Origin: a virus | Length of the DNA stretch: 64,000 nucleotides | IMG/VR virus record: IMGVR_UViG_3300042402_001868 | Coordinates: 32,001-96,000 of that record | Direction: 5' to 3' (one strand) | Shown here: piece after piece, positions 12,901 through 19,687 of the stretch | Layout: every line of letters begins with the position of its first letter | Numbering within the stretch: position 1 is the first letter of the stretch | Translations under genes and position numbers: made by a program | The notes under the pieces: generated by a model | The model's input: the letters and a program-made list of their open reading frames with translations, nothing else | Told to the model about the DNA's origin: nothing | The model's database searches: none

Positions 12901-15784
12901 TGGTTATCCCGGGGTTCAGGTATGGGGCGATTACTTCTTGGGTAGCAATCCCAATAGTACACAACTTGAATGCACTGCAACCTCAGCAACCAACAATCAA
13001 ATTACCTGCGCCAACACTCTAGGACTACAAGCAACTGCACCAATCAAGTTTTTGGGCACTACGTTTGGTGGAATACAACAAGATGTTAACTATTTTGTAA
13101 AAGACATTGTTGATCAAACGCATTTTACTATTTGTACAGATGTAGGTGGATTTGCACTTGATTTAACAACAGCAACCGGCTCCATGCAAGCCATCAGCTT
13201 GCAAATTTTAGACGCTGTATACTCCAGCAGTTTTGGTGACATTTATCTAGGCACTAGATATTCGGATATCAACATTGATGGTGGTGAATTCATTGGATTG
13301 TACGAAGGACATGCACCCGAAGAATTAGTCAATGGTGCTGAATTTGATACCCTGGACATGCGTGTGTACACACGCCCGGGATCAGACTGGTCGTTATACA
13401 ATAACATTGCCGGCGCAGACGGACACGGCTTCCAAATTTCCAGCCGTCGATATGTCTACGAAACAGACCAATTGTTAAACTGGGATGGCCTAGTAGAAAA
13501 CCCAGTGCACCTTGAAGTTAGTAATGTTAATACAGGACTAGATCTTGTGCCCGATGTAGACTTTGTTGTTGATTGGGTTAACCGCACTGTTGATATGATT
13601 GCTAGAGTTTCTGTTGGTGAAATTGTAAATATCTCAGCGTACGAACTAGGTGGCGGAAGTCAATTGTATCGACAAAATTATGTTGGTAGTGATGTTTTGG
13701 ATACACTGATAGTTCCGGTAAATTCTACCGAAATTTATCAAGCTGTATTATTCGTCAATGGCGTTCTTACTCCAGTAGATAGTTGGGAACCATACTATCC
13801 AGGAACAGAGTGGGATCAGTTGATTGCTTACAACAAACTTGATGTAGTGTATACTACTGGACCTACAACTTATTATCGAGCATTACAAAATGTCATTGCT
13901 GGAATTGATATTACCAATGCCGCATACTGGCAAGAGTTTGTACCAGTAACACTGAGTAAAATCACACTGGATCAAGAGTACTCTAGTACCGATGCTCTCA
14001 ATATCACAATACTTGGATTCACAACTCCAGTACAATATTCCTGGAGTACTCTGCAAACTGAATATTTTGCAGTTACACCGGCAATCAATACTAGTAAAAC
14101 TGTGAATTTAACCAATTCAGTTGCTGGCACAAACATACCTAACATGATTGTGGAAATTGATGGCATTAGATTGCGCCCATATGAAGGCATTGAGTGGATT
14201 GGAGATAACAGTTCCACCAGCTTTGGGTTGCCACAACGAGGTGGCTATCCGCAATCAATTATCAATCCCATCATTGACGTTACGGTTTTTGTGGACGACG
14301 TGTTGCAAACACAAAGTTTTGGTGCATTCACTGGAGACTACAGCGTGAGCAACTGGGATGGTTCTAACACGCCAGGTCGTCAGGTACAGTTTATAACCGC
14401 TCCTGATTATGGTGCTAGAATTTTAATATCAGTAAGTGTTGCGGCATCGTACTTTGTGTCAGGCTCGCAATTGCAGTTGATTAGTCCTCCGCCTGTCGGA
14501 GCCACTATCTCTGTGGGTACATTTAATGATACATCACAACAAAATATATTGACTCAAGTTTATCAAGGTCCTATTGTAGGAGGTGTTGTAATTGATGAAC
14601 CATATGATACTACTGCATTTGACACCGGAGTAGTTAACAATGATCCAGGATCATACGACTACTCTGAAGGTATTCCTTTGCTATCAAATCAATTTGACCT
14701 TGGCAGACCCGGTGTTGACGCAAGCCGACTTTGGGTAACACTCAATGGTTATAGATTATTTGATGGTCAAGACTACACAGTACAAGGACAATACGTAATT
14801 TTTGCTGGCGGAGCAATTGCTTCTAGTGATATTGCAGTAATCCAACAATTTACCAATAGTGTTGTTCCAGAAGCTATGGCTTTCCGTGTGTTCCAGGACA
14901 TGCGTGGAGTACAGGCAACTTATAGAATTACACCCAGCACAACTACAGAGTTAGTACAAAGCATGTCCGCAACAGCTGACATTGCATATGTGCGTGATGC
15001 GACTCACCTAACAGAACCTGATTTAATAAACGGGATATTTGGTGTATGCACTATTGGCGGTGAACGCATCATGTATCGTACTCGTAACACTGCTATGAAT
15101 ACTATTTCAGGACTCATGAGAGGTACTGCTGGTACTGGTGCTGACAACCATATTGTTGGTGACCCAGTGTATGACATGGGTCGTGGCAATTTGTTAGGCG
15201 AAGAATACCAAGATCGAATCATCAAAGATGACACATTAGCAGACGGATCAACCACTATATTCTATGCCCCTAGCATCTATCTACCTATTGTGGATCCTAA
15301 AGATTCTAGTACTGTGTACATTGATCACAGCATCGAAGTGTATGTTGGTGGTATTCGTCAGTATCCCATAACAGAAGTTGATACACCTAGTCAATATCGC
15401 TACACCATCTTTACTGTAGATCCATTGGTACCTGGTAACCCCTACACAATTGGCGTAGAATTTATCACTGATAATGATCCGTACAATCCGTTAGTGGCTC
15501 CAGCCGCTGGATCTGCTGTTACTATTGCACAACGTCGTGGATATTTCTGGTACAACAACGGTGCTGTTCGTCCAGTAACCACAGCAATTGCCAGCGATAG
15601 CTACTTTATTAATGCGTTAGGAAATACTGATTTTACCCTAATTGGCGCACCAGAAAACACCGTGGGAATATTGTTTGTTGCCACCGGACCAGGCACTGGA
15701 ACTGGCACAATAAGCACTGTTTCGGATGGTGTTGCTTTACAAGAAACTAACACACAAGCCGCAAGGTTCTTGCGTGGTTTATAA
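935..15784 (+). CDS. Giant (4949 aa) virion structural protein, baseplate/tail-associated, multi-domain adhesin-like
   Basis: Uninterrupted 14.85-kb ORF, Thr/Val/Gly/Asn-rich. It contains seven FG-GAP-like motifs, cupredoxin-like segments, three CBM5/12-like W-x5-Y motifs and repeated G.DY.v beta-sandwich units, and sits between baseplate-like and tail genes. Confidence 0.75.
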   Translation: MAKVRSVDFLPEIFQTDVNKQFLAATLDQLIQEPKFKKTQGFIGRTVGPGVNPNEKYVVEPTKVRADYQLEPGIVSLKPDTNTIEDVITYPGLLDSIDYQGGSSARPDRLFESEYYTWDPFVDWDTFINFSQYFWLPGGPGAVDVAATGVPATDNFVVTRANGVYTFSGLNGDNPTVDLVRGGSYTFQVAQNDKETVNYRVTNSGTSAYVIDYVNNPTLTLTRGNTYVFNLNLNGVYPFYIKTAATTGLNNVYSSGVTNNGAVTGLVTFVVPQDAPDTLYYSSATQSNMRGQINIIDGTAGTGAGFWIQAAPGISGKIPATPNISSRDVYGVTNNGEDLGTITFNVPTKTAQQFYYDLPSLGSVDLLTDLRFDQINNITVADFIATYGGIDGITALDGRTLVFEGTSIDTDQGGWTKTTFFDPLTQSDSFTGQPGSYDSLLYAQQLEVPVSQRRGIWQINYVNNAGFVYISLTNVGNINDLEKFTILYGNVYASTGWFKNDAGVFKQIPLLTASQDTLYYQDGTDPGIFGRIRLIDQTQSSTLYIDEIIGKKNYTSPNGVAFTNGLKVVFRGDVVPSSYINTEYYISGVGVAIRLLPVSNFVCPETYVVDADTSTIDTEPSTLDYLTIDRASLDLNAWSRSNRWFHVDVINATAKYNNTEVTIDNQYRAKRPIIQFRAGIRLFNMGTEGKQPVNVIDFAESDAFSNVEGSTGYTVDGYNFVQGSRVIFAKDADANVRNKIWIVNFVSPDSISPVISQPIINLTLAADGDVLIDQSTVCLDGDTLTGVTFWYNGVEWTEAQLKTKVQQAPLFNVYDADSISFGNKVTYPSTTFVGSKLFSYAQGTTGILDPILQFPLQYLNLNNVGDIVFENNLYKDTFLYVRDNVSTTSLISSGFPREYATRLLYNRLLGWNTAITPSQVRQQFKFTYDGRPLLLDIQAQSDGIVPAVKIYVGSKFKDPGTYTLATTSNSSTITLDDTYVIGDIVEILVLSDQTSQAAFYQVPINIENNPLNGNSDAFTLGTIRTHYESICENLITLTGTINGANNTRDLGAIGPYGLIILQQSSPLTLAGYFNRSKEYNIFASLQYNSREYQKFKDLLMNEVTNLTLYTETPAEILVEAMANITLGRLESNPFYWSDMVPSGSVYIENKYTVSLITTNVFDTVQVYNYTSSNYLGLLVYKNNELLTRGFDYTVATDGPRITILTPLAVGDVIAIQEYSATYGNFVPNTPTKMGLYPSFRPVITTINATSGPRLVIVGHDGSQTPVFGDVRDQVLLEFETRIFNNLKLDGNPVPINVSDVIPGQFRSTGYSSAEINDILNVDFLSYVGWNKLDYNTQNYIASNEFSWNYSGSQNKLTTSQNLIGSWRGIYKYFYDTQDPAKTPWEMLGFSIRPSWWNDVYGPGPYTSENMVLWDDLEAGIVANPQGSYVLPAYIRPNLTQVIPVDSEGNLVSPFECVVSNYNETTFQKSWSTGDGSPVEASWWNSSAYPFAIMRLYALTIPAKFYALYADRDLYRYQAEFGQFLYNDRYRLDANGIQVYGNGTSKASFINWIVDYNRVTGINSTTALEANLASIDVRLCYRLASFTDKQYIKLYTEKSSPNSLNATLMIPDESYDLLLYKNQPFDRLIYSSVVIQIVEGGYAVYGYSTTQPYFDILVSQSAGRLKPYTVGDVTVRVPTTYTNTVAQVPYGYVFTNQTSVCDFLLSYGKLLNEQGLVFDDRVNGYQLDWDQMVVEFLYWSQQGWENNCLINLNPLASALTITKPGAVVDSIITQTSENVILDQNKRELPTRNINIVRLENTLTLQPLTDQSLSFADLRFTNFEHMIVLNNQSVFGDLIYEPITGARQSRLNFVGITSTEWNGTVDAQGFILNQDNVEEWSGLKKYSKGQIVKYKDQYWSAMVIVDPSTEFDFNKWSKSDYSQIELGLLPNIANKANQLQNSYSVNTANLEGDNDLLSYGLIGFRPREYMAALNLDDVSQVNVYSQFLGSKGTILSAELLSNANLGKESADYQIYENWAVQRAVYGANANRSFVELKLNRALLSANPSLVQVIQPQEQSQADQTIFLSNVWRQSYKLTSPDFLPTTMTEVTDTALPSAGYVNLEDADITTFDLGTRSTIAANLGLVSVGATVWVAKVNNYDWDIYRCVNIPGFIDHVCDNLDGTSIVNFTKPHGLSVGDRLIIKQFDVRIDGVYRVLTVQGINRVTIAYTFTPGGQTVINGVGIGFTLQTQRVAQASDIINLPYTDDIQTGAKVWVDNDGTGHWQVLQKENQFSDVIELAPVLLDATEAYGQSVTQARNRFAALVGSPRYGFPTGAEQGAVYVYVKNYSDQYAPVSPVANGDAILTLDITGVRGYGNAVDFGNQTWAVAGASKSLGPASEVDVGYAAVIYRDPSLGEPGVIPYVQWQLLISPNNIEPGLFGHSVAISTDERWLYVGAPAANKVYAYGQVDWQDQFVKVRGDGVTKTFNISQTIQINAATQLLVTVDGTEQALGTDYTVDSSLAVVTFATAPAVGVLVDIHRYNRKNIDGGNYYNVTTPTTSGAGSGAEFTIRRVRNEVGQPGSVSGGVGVTFGGTGYAGGDTITFAPSKFGGQVNLILTVSTVGSGGSVETFTIAYGPGGLTLTTVFSLNEFFFTVDNIYSFSVYVNEVLYRPGIDYTFNTGTKDITFVTVPAAGTLITVQAQSYYEYVDTLTIAGLAADAQFGYSVTTTVDGRQVMVGCKDEDIDGKVDAGSVYVFDRNVQRFIYGTDPSSTMFTVLGTVTAPVSVIVNNVFLINQTDSIIGAPNSFTVAGNDITINSDLQIGDVIDIETNQFSLMQQVIQQTVNSSSAVVDNPMEFTNFGHAVDICTYSCSLYIGAPQDSTNGWKAGSVQRNVNQSRIYGSTVTLTKDPVLTPGDTLRVNNQDIEILFPTAEQTSLQRLAQSITETVPNVVASVANGYLTIAVANTTAAAPTNKLQVAPGSVGSAFDDIGFTTFVYTQSIYSPYPVDFAGFGSSLSIDDSAVNLVVGAPRGTLYLITIFDDGTTDFDENSTIFFSEVVQSGAVYTYDYLRSANESATNPGKFVFGLQITDSNIYSYDVFGASVSYVDGVLMVGASGNDATAADSSGSNYGRVFVFENATRTPAWTPIRVQQPVVDIRLLNSVFTYDVLTSARTQQFDFFDPLQGKILGAAKQNINYISAIDPAGYNVGPVNNLGNTWLGEHVGQVWWDISTVRFIDPNQDDIVYASRRWGQVFPGSSIDMYQWIQSSVPPATYTGEGTPLNVYSYTVSTRLGIDGTFNTYYYFWVKGLTTVATQQGKTLSPQTVANYIENPKASGIAYIAPVNASTIAIYNATTIIEAEDTVISVEFDREYTDNNVHVEYELIAQGKSDAFLSTNLYRKLQDSFCGVDTAGNLVPDPTLNAAERYGVQFRPRQSMFVDRFEALKNYIVRTNNVLSLYPIVENRSFVLLNSSEPEPPSTAVGVTNWNMRVANLEILSFQDINAVPIGYKYLVASDSRNNGLWTIYTVQYGQGVLIGVKELVLTRVQNYDTRRYWSYVNWYRPGYNSSTKIIAEVPNYSALAAVSVPIGSSVEVISNAQGKFEIYLFTELGWERVGLQDGTIEISAEIYNYALGRFGFDVEVFDAQYYDQEPVIETRKIIQAINEELFIDELAIERNKALTLMFNFVLSEFSAPEWLVKTSLIDVDHNIRNLEPFQNYRQDNQEFVLDYIQEVKPYHVQIREFNLLYNGQDAYAGDITDFDVPAYYNTSLVVPQYTSPILNIDDTTDPRYQQPYLHSTHQQDNTLSDTPPSSLVWQAWPYSQWINNYLLNLQSIKMVTGGSGYTEAPTVTLDGDATTPAILQAFLGPVTESGTASVLYIAIIDAGSGYYATPTVVFSGGNGSGAQAYAVIGNDLVRSFRTVIKYDRYQYQTNILTWNTNGTYEDGTLVRYDDQVWRAASTDSTAVVGPTFNLDQWQLVPANDLSGVDRTMGYYVPGVNEPGVDLPLLIDGIGYPGVQVWGDYFLGSNPNSTQLECTATSATNNQITCANTLGLQATAPIKFLGTTFGGIQQDVNYFVKDIVDQTHFTICTDVGGFALDLTTATGSMQAISLQILDAVYSSSFGDIYLGTRYSDINIDGGEFIGLYEGHAPEELVNGAEFDTLDMRVYTRPGSDWSLYNNIAGADGHGFQISSRRYVYETDQLLNWDGLVENPVHLEVSNVNTGLDLVPDVDFVVDWVNRTVDMIARVSVGEIVNISAYELGGGSQLYRQNYVGSDVLDTLIVPVNSTEIYQAVLFVNGVLTPVDSWEPYYPGTEWDQLIAYNKLDVVYTTGPTTYYRALQNVIAGIDITNAAYWQEFVPVTLSKITLDQEYSSTDALNITILGFTTPVQYSWSTLQTEYFAVTPAINTSKTVNLTNSVAGTNIPNMIVEIDGIRLRPYEGIEWIGDNSSTSFGLPQRGGYPQSIINPIIDVTVFVDDVLQTQSFGAFTGDYSVSNWDGSNTPGRQVQFITAPDYGARILISVSVAASYFVSGSQLQLISPPPVGATISVGTFNDTSQQNILTQVYQGPIVGGVVIDEPYDTTAFDTGVVNNDPGSYDYSEGIPLLSNQFDLGRPGVDASRLWVTLNGYRLFDGQDYTVQGQYVIFAGGAIASSDIAVIQQFTNSVVPEAMAFRVFQDMRGVQATYRITPSTTTELVQSMSATADIAYVRDATHLTEPDLINGIFGVCTIGGERIMYRTRNTAMNTISGLMRGTAGTGADNHIVGDPVYDMGRGNLLGEEYQDRIIKDDTLADGSTTIFYAPSIYLPIVDPKDSSTVYIDHSIEVYVGGIRQYPITEVDTPSQYRYTIFTVDPLVPGNPYTIGVEFITDNDPYNPLVAPAAGSAVTIAQRRGYFWYNNGAVRPVTTAIASDSYFINALGNTDFTLIGAPENTVGILFVATGPGTGTGTISTVSDGVALQETNTQAARFLRGL

Positions 15785-15790
15785 CACGCA

Positions 15791-15796
15791 TAAATA
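15791..15796 (+). promoter_or_regulatory. T4-like late promoter core (TAAATA)
   Basis: CATAAATA lies in the short gap after the giant gene, 7 nt before the ATG at 15804. Confidence 0.55.
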
Positions 15797-15803
15797 AAAG
15801 ACC

Positions 15804-15956
15804 ATGTCAAACACAACGCCAAACAAGCCCGTAGCTACTGCTCCACAGCAGGAACGCCCACGTCGTCCAAACGAAATGGGCACAATCAGTGTACAGGCAC
15901 ATTTTAGAATCAGTGATCCAGTAACACAGAAAACCATTGTGGAGGGACGAGGATGA
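15804..15956 (+). CDS. Small 50-aa protein (not in ORF track)
   Basis: Reads MSNTTPNKPVATAPQQERPRRPNEMGTISVQAHFRISDPVTQKTIVEGRG*. It fills the gap exactly and has an ATGA overlap with the next gene. Confidence 0.7.
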   Translation: MSNTTPNKPVATAPQQERPRRPNEMGTISVQAHFRISDPVTQKTIVEGRG

Positions 15957-16558
15957 TAACTCCCGGGCTTGCTAAGATCACAGGGCACGTTAAAATACAT
16001 GACCCTGCTAGCGGTGAGATTTTTTACAATGATCACAACGCTATTCACTACGAAAACATTTCAATTGCCATGGCACAAACCCTGGCAGATCGTAATACAG
16101 GATACATCTATCAAATGGCGTTTGGCAACGGAGGATCTAGTGTGGATCCCACAGGCGTTATTACCTATTTGCCCCCAAACACCACAGGTCAAAATGCTGA
16201 CCTGTACAATCAAACCTATGCCAAAGTAGTCAACGACAACTCGGCAGCAGACACAGATCCAGAAAATAACAAAATGACAGTGTTGCACACGTCTGGAAAC
16301 GTTTACACAGATATTTTGGTAAGTTGTTTGCTGGACTACGGCGAGCCACCCGAACAACAGGCATTTGATAACAGCACAAATTACAATGGTGAATATGTGT
16401 TTGACGAATTAGGGCTGAAAGCCTGGAACGGAAGTGCAGATAATCTGCGGTTAATTACGCACGTGATCTTCCACCCAGTGCAAAAGAGTTTGAATCGACA
16501 GATTCAAATCGACTATACATTGCGTATACAGACATTAAGCAATATTAATGCTGTATAA
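15953..16558 (+). CDS. Virion structural protein (baseplate/tail-fibre attachment-like)
   Basis: Motifs MAFGNGG, FDELGL and HPVQKSLNRQIQIDYTLRI resemble phage tail-collar/baseplate-linked proteins. It lies in the structural module. Confidence 0.55.
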   Translation: MITPGLAKITGHVKIHDPASGEIFYNDHNAIHYENISIAMAQTLADRNTGYIYQMAFGNGGSSVDPTGVITYLPPNTTGQNADLYNQTYAKVVNDNSAADTDPENNKMTVLHTSGNVYTDILVSCLLDYGEPPEQQAFDNSTNYNGEYVFDELGLKAWNGSADNLRLITHVIFHPVQKSLNRQIQIDYTLRIQTLSNINAV

Positions 16559-16561
16559 ATA
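16554..16561 (+). promoter_or_regulatory. T4-type late promoter TATAAATA
   Basis: Exact T4 gp55 late consensus, overlapping the upstream stop, 25 nt before the ATG at 16587. Confidence 0.65.
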
Positions 16562-16586
16562 TTGATAACAGGAACAGGTAACTGAC

Positions 16587-18329
16587 ATGGCATATACAAT
16601 TAATCTTACTGATGGTGCAGTTTTTGCAACAATAGCAGACGGCACAATCAATACATCTAGTAGCATGACGCTAGTAGGTAAGAACTATGCTGGCTATGGT
16701 GAATTCTTAGACGAAAACTTTATCCACTTGCTAGAAAATGGTTCTAACACCACAGCACCCAGTGCTCCATTAACAGGACAACTTTGGTGGGATAAAACCA
16801 ATAACTTGCTCAAAGTTTATAACGGTTCTATCTTTAAAACTATCAGTGCTGCCACTGCCAGCAGTACAGCACCTACATCAAACGTCACTGGCGACTTGTG
16901 GTACGACACAACTAACCAACAGTTAAAAGTATACACTGGTTCAAGTTTTATTGTGGTTGGTCCTGCTTATACCAGCAGTGAAGGCACCGCCGGTGCTATT
17001 CCAGGCACAGTTAATGATTCTGGTGGCTCGCCACACTTTATTACCAGCCTGTTTGTAAATAATCAGCAAATTGCCATTGTTAGTGTTGATAGTGCATTCA
17101 CTCCTGCTGCCCCTACAAATACAAATTTTCCAACAATCTATCCAGGTATCACAGTTACCAAGAGTGCTTCTAGCACACTAGCCGGTAACGTAACCAACAC
17201 TGGCAACTTGACATTAAGTGCAGGCGGAGCAACTACTGTTAATGTAACATCAACTGGTGCCAATATTGCTGGTTACTTAACTGGCACAGGTAATATCACG
17301 GGTGGTAACCTATTGTCTGGTGGTACTGCGGTTGTCACTGGCACAATTGTTGGCGGTAATCTGGGCACAGGTGGTATCATAACTGCTACAGGTAACATCA
17401 CTGGCGGCAACATTATCACTGCAGGTTCATTCCAGTCAGCCAGCATTAGCTCGTCTGGCAACATTGATGGCGGCAACCTTCGCACAGTAGGATTGGTTAC
17501 TGCTACAGGTAACGTCACTGGCGGTAACGTTATTTCAGGCGCACTAGTACAAGGTACTAACATGAGCGCAACAGCTAACGTGCAGGGCGGAAATCTACGT
17601 ACAACCGGACTGATCAGTTCTACAGGTAATATCACAAGTTCTGGCAACGTTGATGCTGTTTACTTTATTGGTAACGGGTCTGCGCTAACAGGTATCAGTG
17701 CTGCCGTTTCTGTAACAAAGATTCAAAACGGCACATCAGAAGCCAACGTTGGCGCAAGCGGTGGTAACATCAACTTCAACATTGGTGGCACATCAAACGT
17801 CGTGGTAGTATCTGGTTCAGGTATTATTGTACAAGGATTAACAACCCCAAGTATCGCCAAATCAGGTTCAAATGCTGTGGGTAATATCGGATCGGACGTT
17901 AACTACTTCAACCAAGTGTTTGCCACTGCTACCACAGCATTATACGCTGACGTTGCAGAACGATTTGAAGCAGACGAAGTCATGGACCCAGGAACTGTGG
18001 TAGAACTTGGTGGAGCCAAAGAAATCACTAGATCTCGCACAGATTTAAGCGAAAATGTGTTCGGAGTAATAAGTACAAGACCAGCGTTCACTATGAATGG
18101 TGGTGCCGGCCAAAACGATACACACCCGCCAGTTGCAATGACTGGGCGTGTACCAGTTAAAGTCGTAGGACGAGTTACCAAAGGCGACCGATTGGTCAGT
18201 GCCGGCAATGGTATTGCCCGTGCCGCACTAGCCGGCGAACCAACCCCATTTAACGTGATCGGAAGATCATTAGTGGATAAAACAACTGATGATCTAGGCA
18301 CAGTTGAAGCCATTGTAAGCATAAATTAA
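16587..18329 (+). CDS. Tail fibre/spike-like protein with TGNITGGN repeats and C-terminal intramolecular-chaperone (peptidase G2-like) domain
   Basis: N-terminal GQLWWD/GDLWYD repeats, a central ~17-aa GNI/VxGGN repeat array, and C-terminal YADVAERF...GVIST.P...PVAMTGRVPVKV.G...GD.LVS. Confidence 0.65.
   Translation: MAYTINLTDGAVFATIADGTINTSSSMTLVGKNYAGYGEFLDENFIHLLENGSNTTAPSAPLTGQLWWDKTNNLLKVYNGSIFKTISAATASSTAPTSNVTGDLWYDTTNQQLKVYTGSSFIVVGPAYTSSEGTAGAIPGTVNDSGGSPHFITSLFVNNQQIAIVSVDSAFTPAAPTNTNFPTIYPGITVTKSASSTLAGNVTNTGNLTLSAGGATTVNVTSTGANIAGYLTGTGNITGGNLLSGGTAVVTGTIVGGNLGTGGIITATGNITGGNIITAGSFQSASISSSGNIDGGNLRTVGLVTATGNVTGGNVISGALVQGTNMSATANVQGGNLRTTGLISSTGNITSSGNVDAVYFIGNGSALTGISAAVSVTKIQNGTSEANVGASGGNINFNIGGTSNVVVVSGSGIIVQGLTTPSIAKSGSNAVGNIGSDVNYFNQVFATATTALYADVAERFEADEVMDPGTVVELGGAKEITRSRTDLSENVFGVISTRPAFTMNGGAGQNDTHPPVAMTGRVPVKVVGRVTKGDRLVSAGNGIARAALAGEPTPFNVIGRSLVDKTTDDLGTVEAIVSIN
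17280..17665 (+). repeat. Coding tandem repeat (T/S-G-N-I/V-x-G-G-N-L/I, ~17-aa period)
   Basis: Successive units TGNITGGNL, TGTIVGGNL, TGNITGGNI, SGNIDGGNL, TGNVTGGNV, TANVQGGNL. Confidence 0.75.
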
Positions 18330-18342
18330 TTAGGATAAGAAA

Positions 18343-19311
18343 ATGACATATTCAGTAGGTGGACTAATACAAGCAACAGACTATAATGGTTTTGCTAATG
18401 ACACAGGCGGCGCCAACGCCAACGCCATATGGGCAACAGGCTCCACAGATAGAGGATATGGGCAGTCGGCACTGGGTACAGTAGCCGCTACAAACACTGT
18501 TACTGCCACTCAGTGGGCCAGCTTGGTCAACACCATCAGTTCAATTGCCAGCCATCAAGGCACAACAATTACTGCCAGAACCGCACCAACTGCTGGTAAT
18601 CTTATTAATATTCTGGCAGCACTAAGCACTGACCTAACAAATTGCACTACCAACCGCGGAAATGCAGTAGCAAACGGTACACAATTTACTGGATGGACTG
18701 GTACTAACTCTAAGACTGCTACTACATCTGGTGCAAGTTGGACAATTACATTTACTAATACTGTGACATTTGCGTCAGCTGATGCCGCACGTTATTTCTT
18801 CAACGCAGGTGGCCGTATTAAAATTGACGTGGCAAAATCGTCAACTGGTAACACCGGAGATCCCGAATGGAATGACTTGGCAACTACATTGTGCGGAGAC
18901 ATTTTTATTACTGGTGGCACAGCAACTCAAACAATCGCTGGAGCATCATATACAGGTACAACCAAAGTTGGTGGTACAGGCACCCCAACCACATTGACTA
19001 CCACAACCGGTTGGTACGACTTGACTGCTGGCGCAGCCGCTACCATTGTTTACAAACAGTTTGCCGACACTGCTCCATACACAGCCAATTTTATCCAACA
19101 CTCGCTTGCAAAAGGTGCAAGTTCTAACACCTTGGTAATCACAACACTTTGGCAAAACACTGACAGCGACCCAATTACTGGTGGCACAGCTTCAAGTGGC
19201 GCAACACCTGGTACAGCCCCAACAACTATTGTAACCTATTTCCCACCAAGTTCAACATACTTGACAACTGCTGCCTGGGGCACACCCACAGTGGCAGCCA
19301 CAACAGCTTAA
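18343..19311 (+). CDS. Thr/Ala/Gly-rich virion structural protein
   Basis: 322-aa ORF with very high Thr content and motif ARYFFNAGG; last gene before the terminator. Confidence 0.55.
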   Translation: MTYSVGGLIQATDYNGFANDTGGANANAIWATGSTDRGYGQSALGTVAATNTVTATQWASLVNTISSIASHQGTTITARTAPTAGNLINILAALSTDLTNCTTNRGNAVANGTQFTGWTGTNSKTATTSGASWTITFTNTVTFASADAARYFFNAGGRIKIDVAKSSTGNTGDPEWNDLATTLCGDIFITGGTATQTIAGASYTGTTKVGGTGTPTTLTTTTGWYDLTAGAAATIVYKQFADTAPYTANFIQHSLAKGASSNTLVITTLWQNTDSDPITGGTASSGATPGTAPTTIVTYFPPSSTYLTTAAWGTPTVAATTA

Positions 19312-19329
19312 TAGCACTGTACTTCACCA

Positions 19330-19356
19330 AAAGGGGCAATTGCCCCTTTACTTTTA
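19330..19356 (+). terminator. Intrinsic terminator closing the structural module
   Basis: Perfect palindrome AAAGGGGCAATTGCCCCTTT (19330-19349) followed by ACTTTT. Confidence 0.75.
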
Positions 19357-19375
19357 TCTAAAACTAGCGTATACT
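19347..19375 (+). promoter_or_regulatory. Putative sigma70-like promoter (TTTACT-17-TATACT), likely leaderless transcript
   Basis: -10 TATACT at 19370-19375, 17-nt spacer, ATG at 19382 only 6 nt downstream, no SD. Confidence 0.45.
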
Positions 19376-19381
19376 ATCACT

Positions 19382-19687
19382 ATGGATACTGATGACTTGA
19401 TTGCTCATGCACGAGCACGGTTTGATCACGTTGCCGCAAAACGTGTACTTAAAGAAAAATACGAAGCTCGTATGTTGTTTGCCTTGGCCGGAGGTATGTG
19501 GCGAGCAGGACCTGAACTACTGAATACATTGGCTACATGTCCTGACGAATCAGCTGTACTATTAGATCTGTATGAAACTCCAGTAAAGATCAATGTACGA
19601 GAACTTGAACTGGCAGCACAACAACGTTGGCAAGAGCAAATGAACGGCTGGCTTGCGGAACACGAAGAACTTAGAAAACAACGATGA
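19382..19687 (+). CDS. Hypothetical protein (first gene of the modification island)
   Basis: Start moved to the ATG at 19382 (MDTDDL...) because the track's TTG start lies inside the terminator. ATGA overlap with the next gene. Confidence 0.65.
   Translation: MDTDDLIAHARARFDHVAAKRVLKEKYEARMLFALAGGMWRAGPELLNTLATCPDESAVLLDLYETPVKINVRELELAAQQRWQEQMNGWLAEHEELRKQR

Noticed and set aside
1001-15822. Many 60-130 aa ORFs antisense to or out of frame within the giant gene (and similar shadows across the window)
   Set aside because: They are fully nested in long genes with recognisable motifs, have no SD or promoter, and have shadow-like composition.
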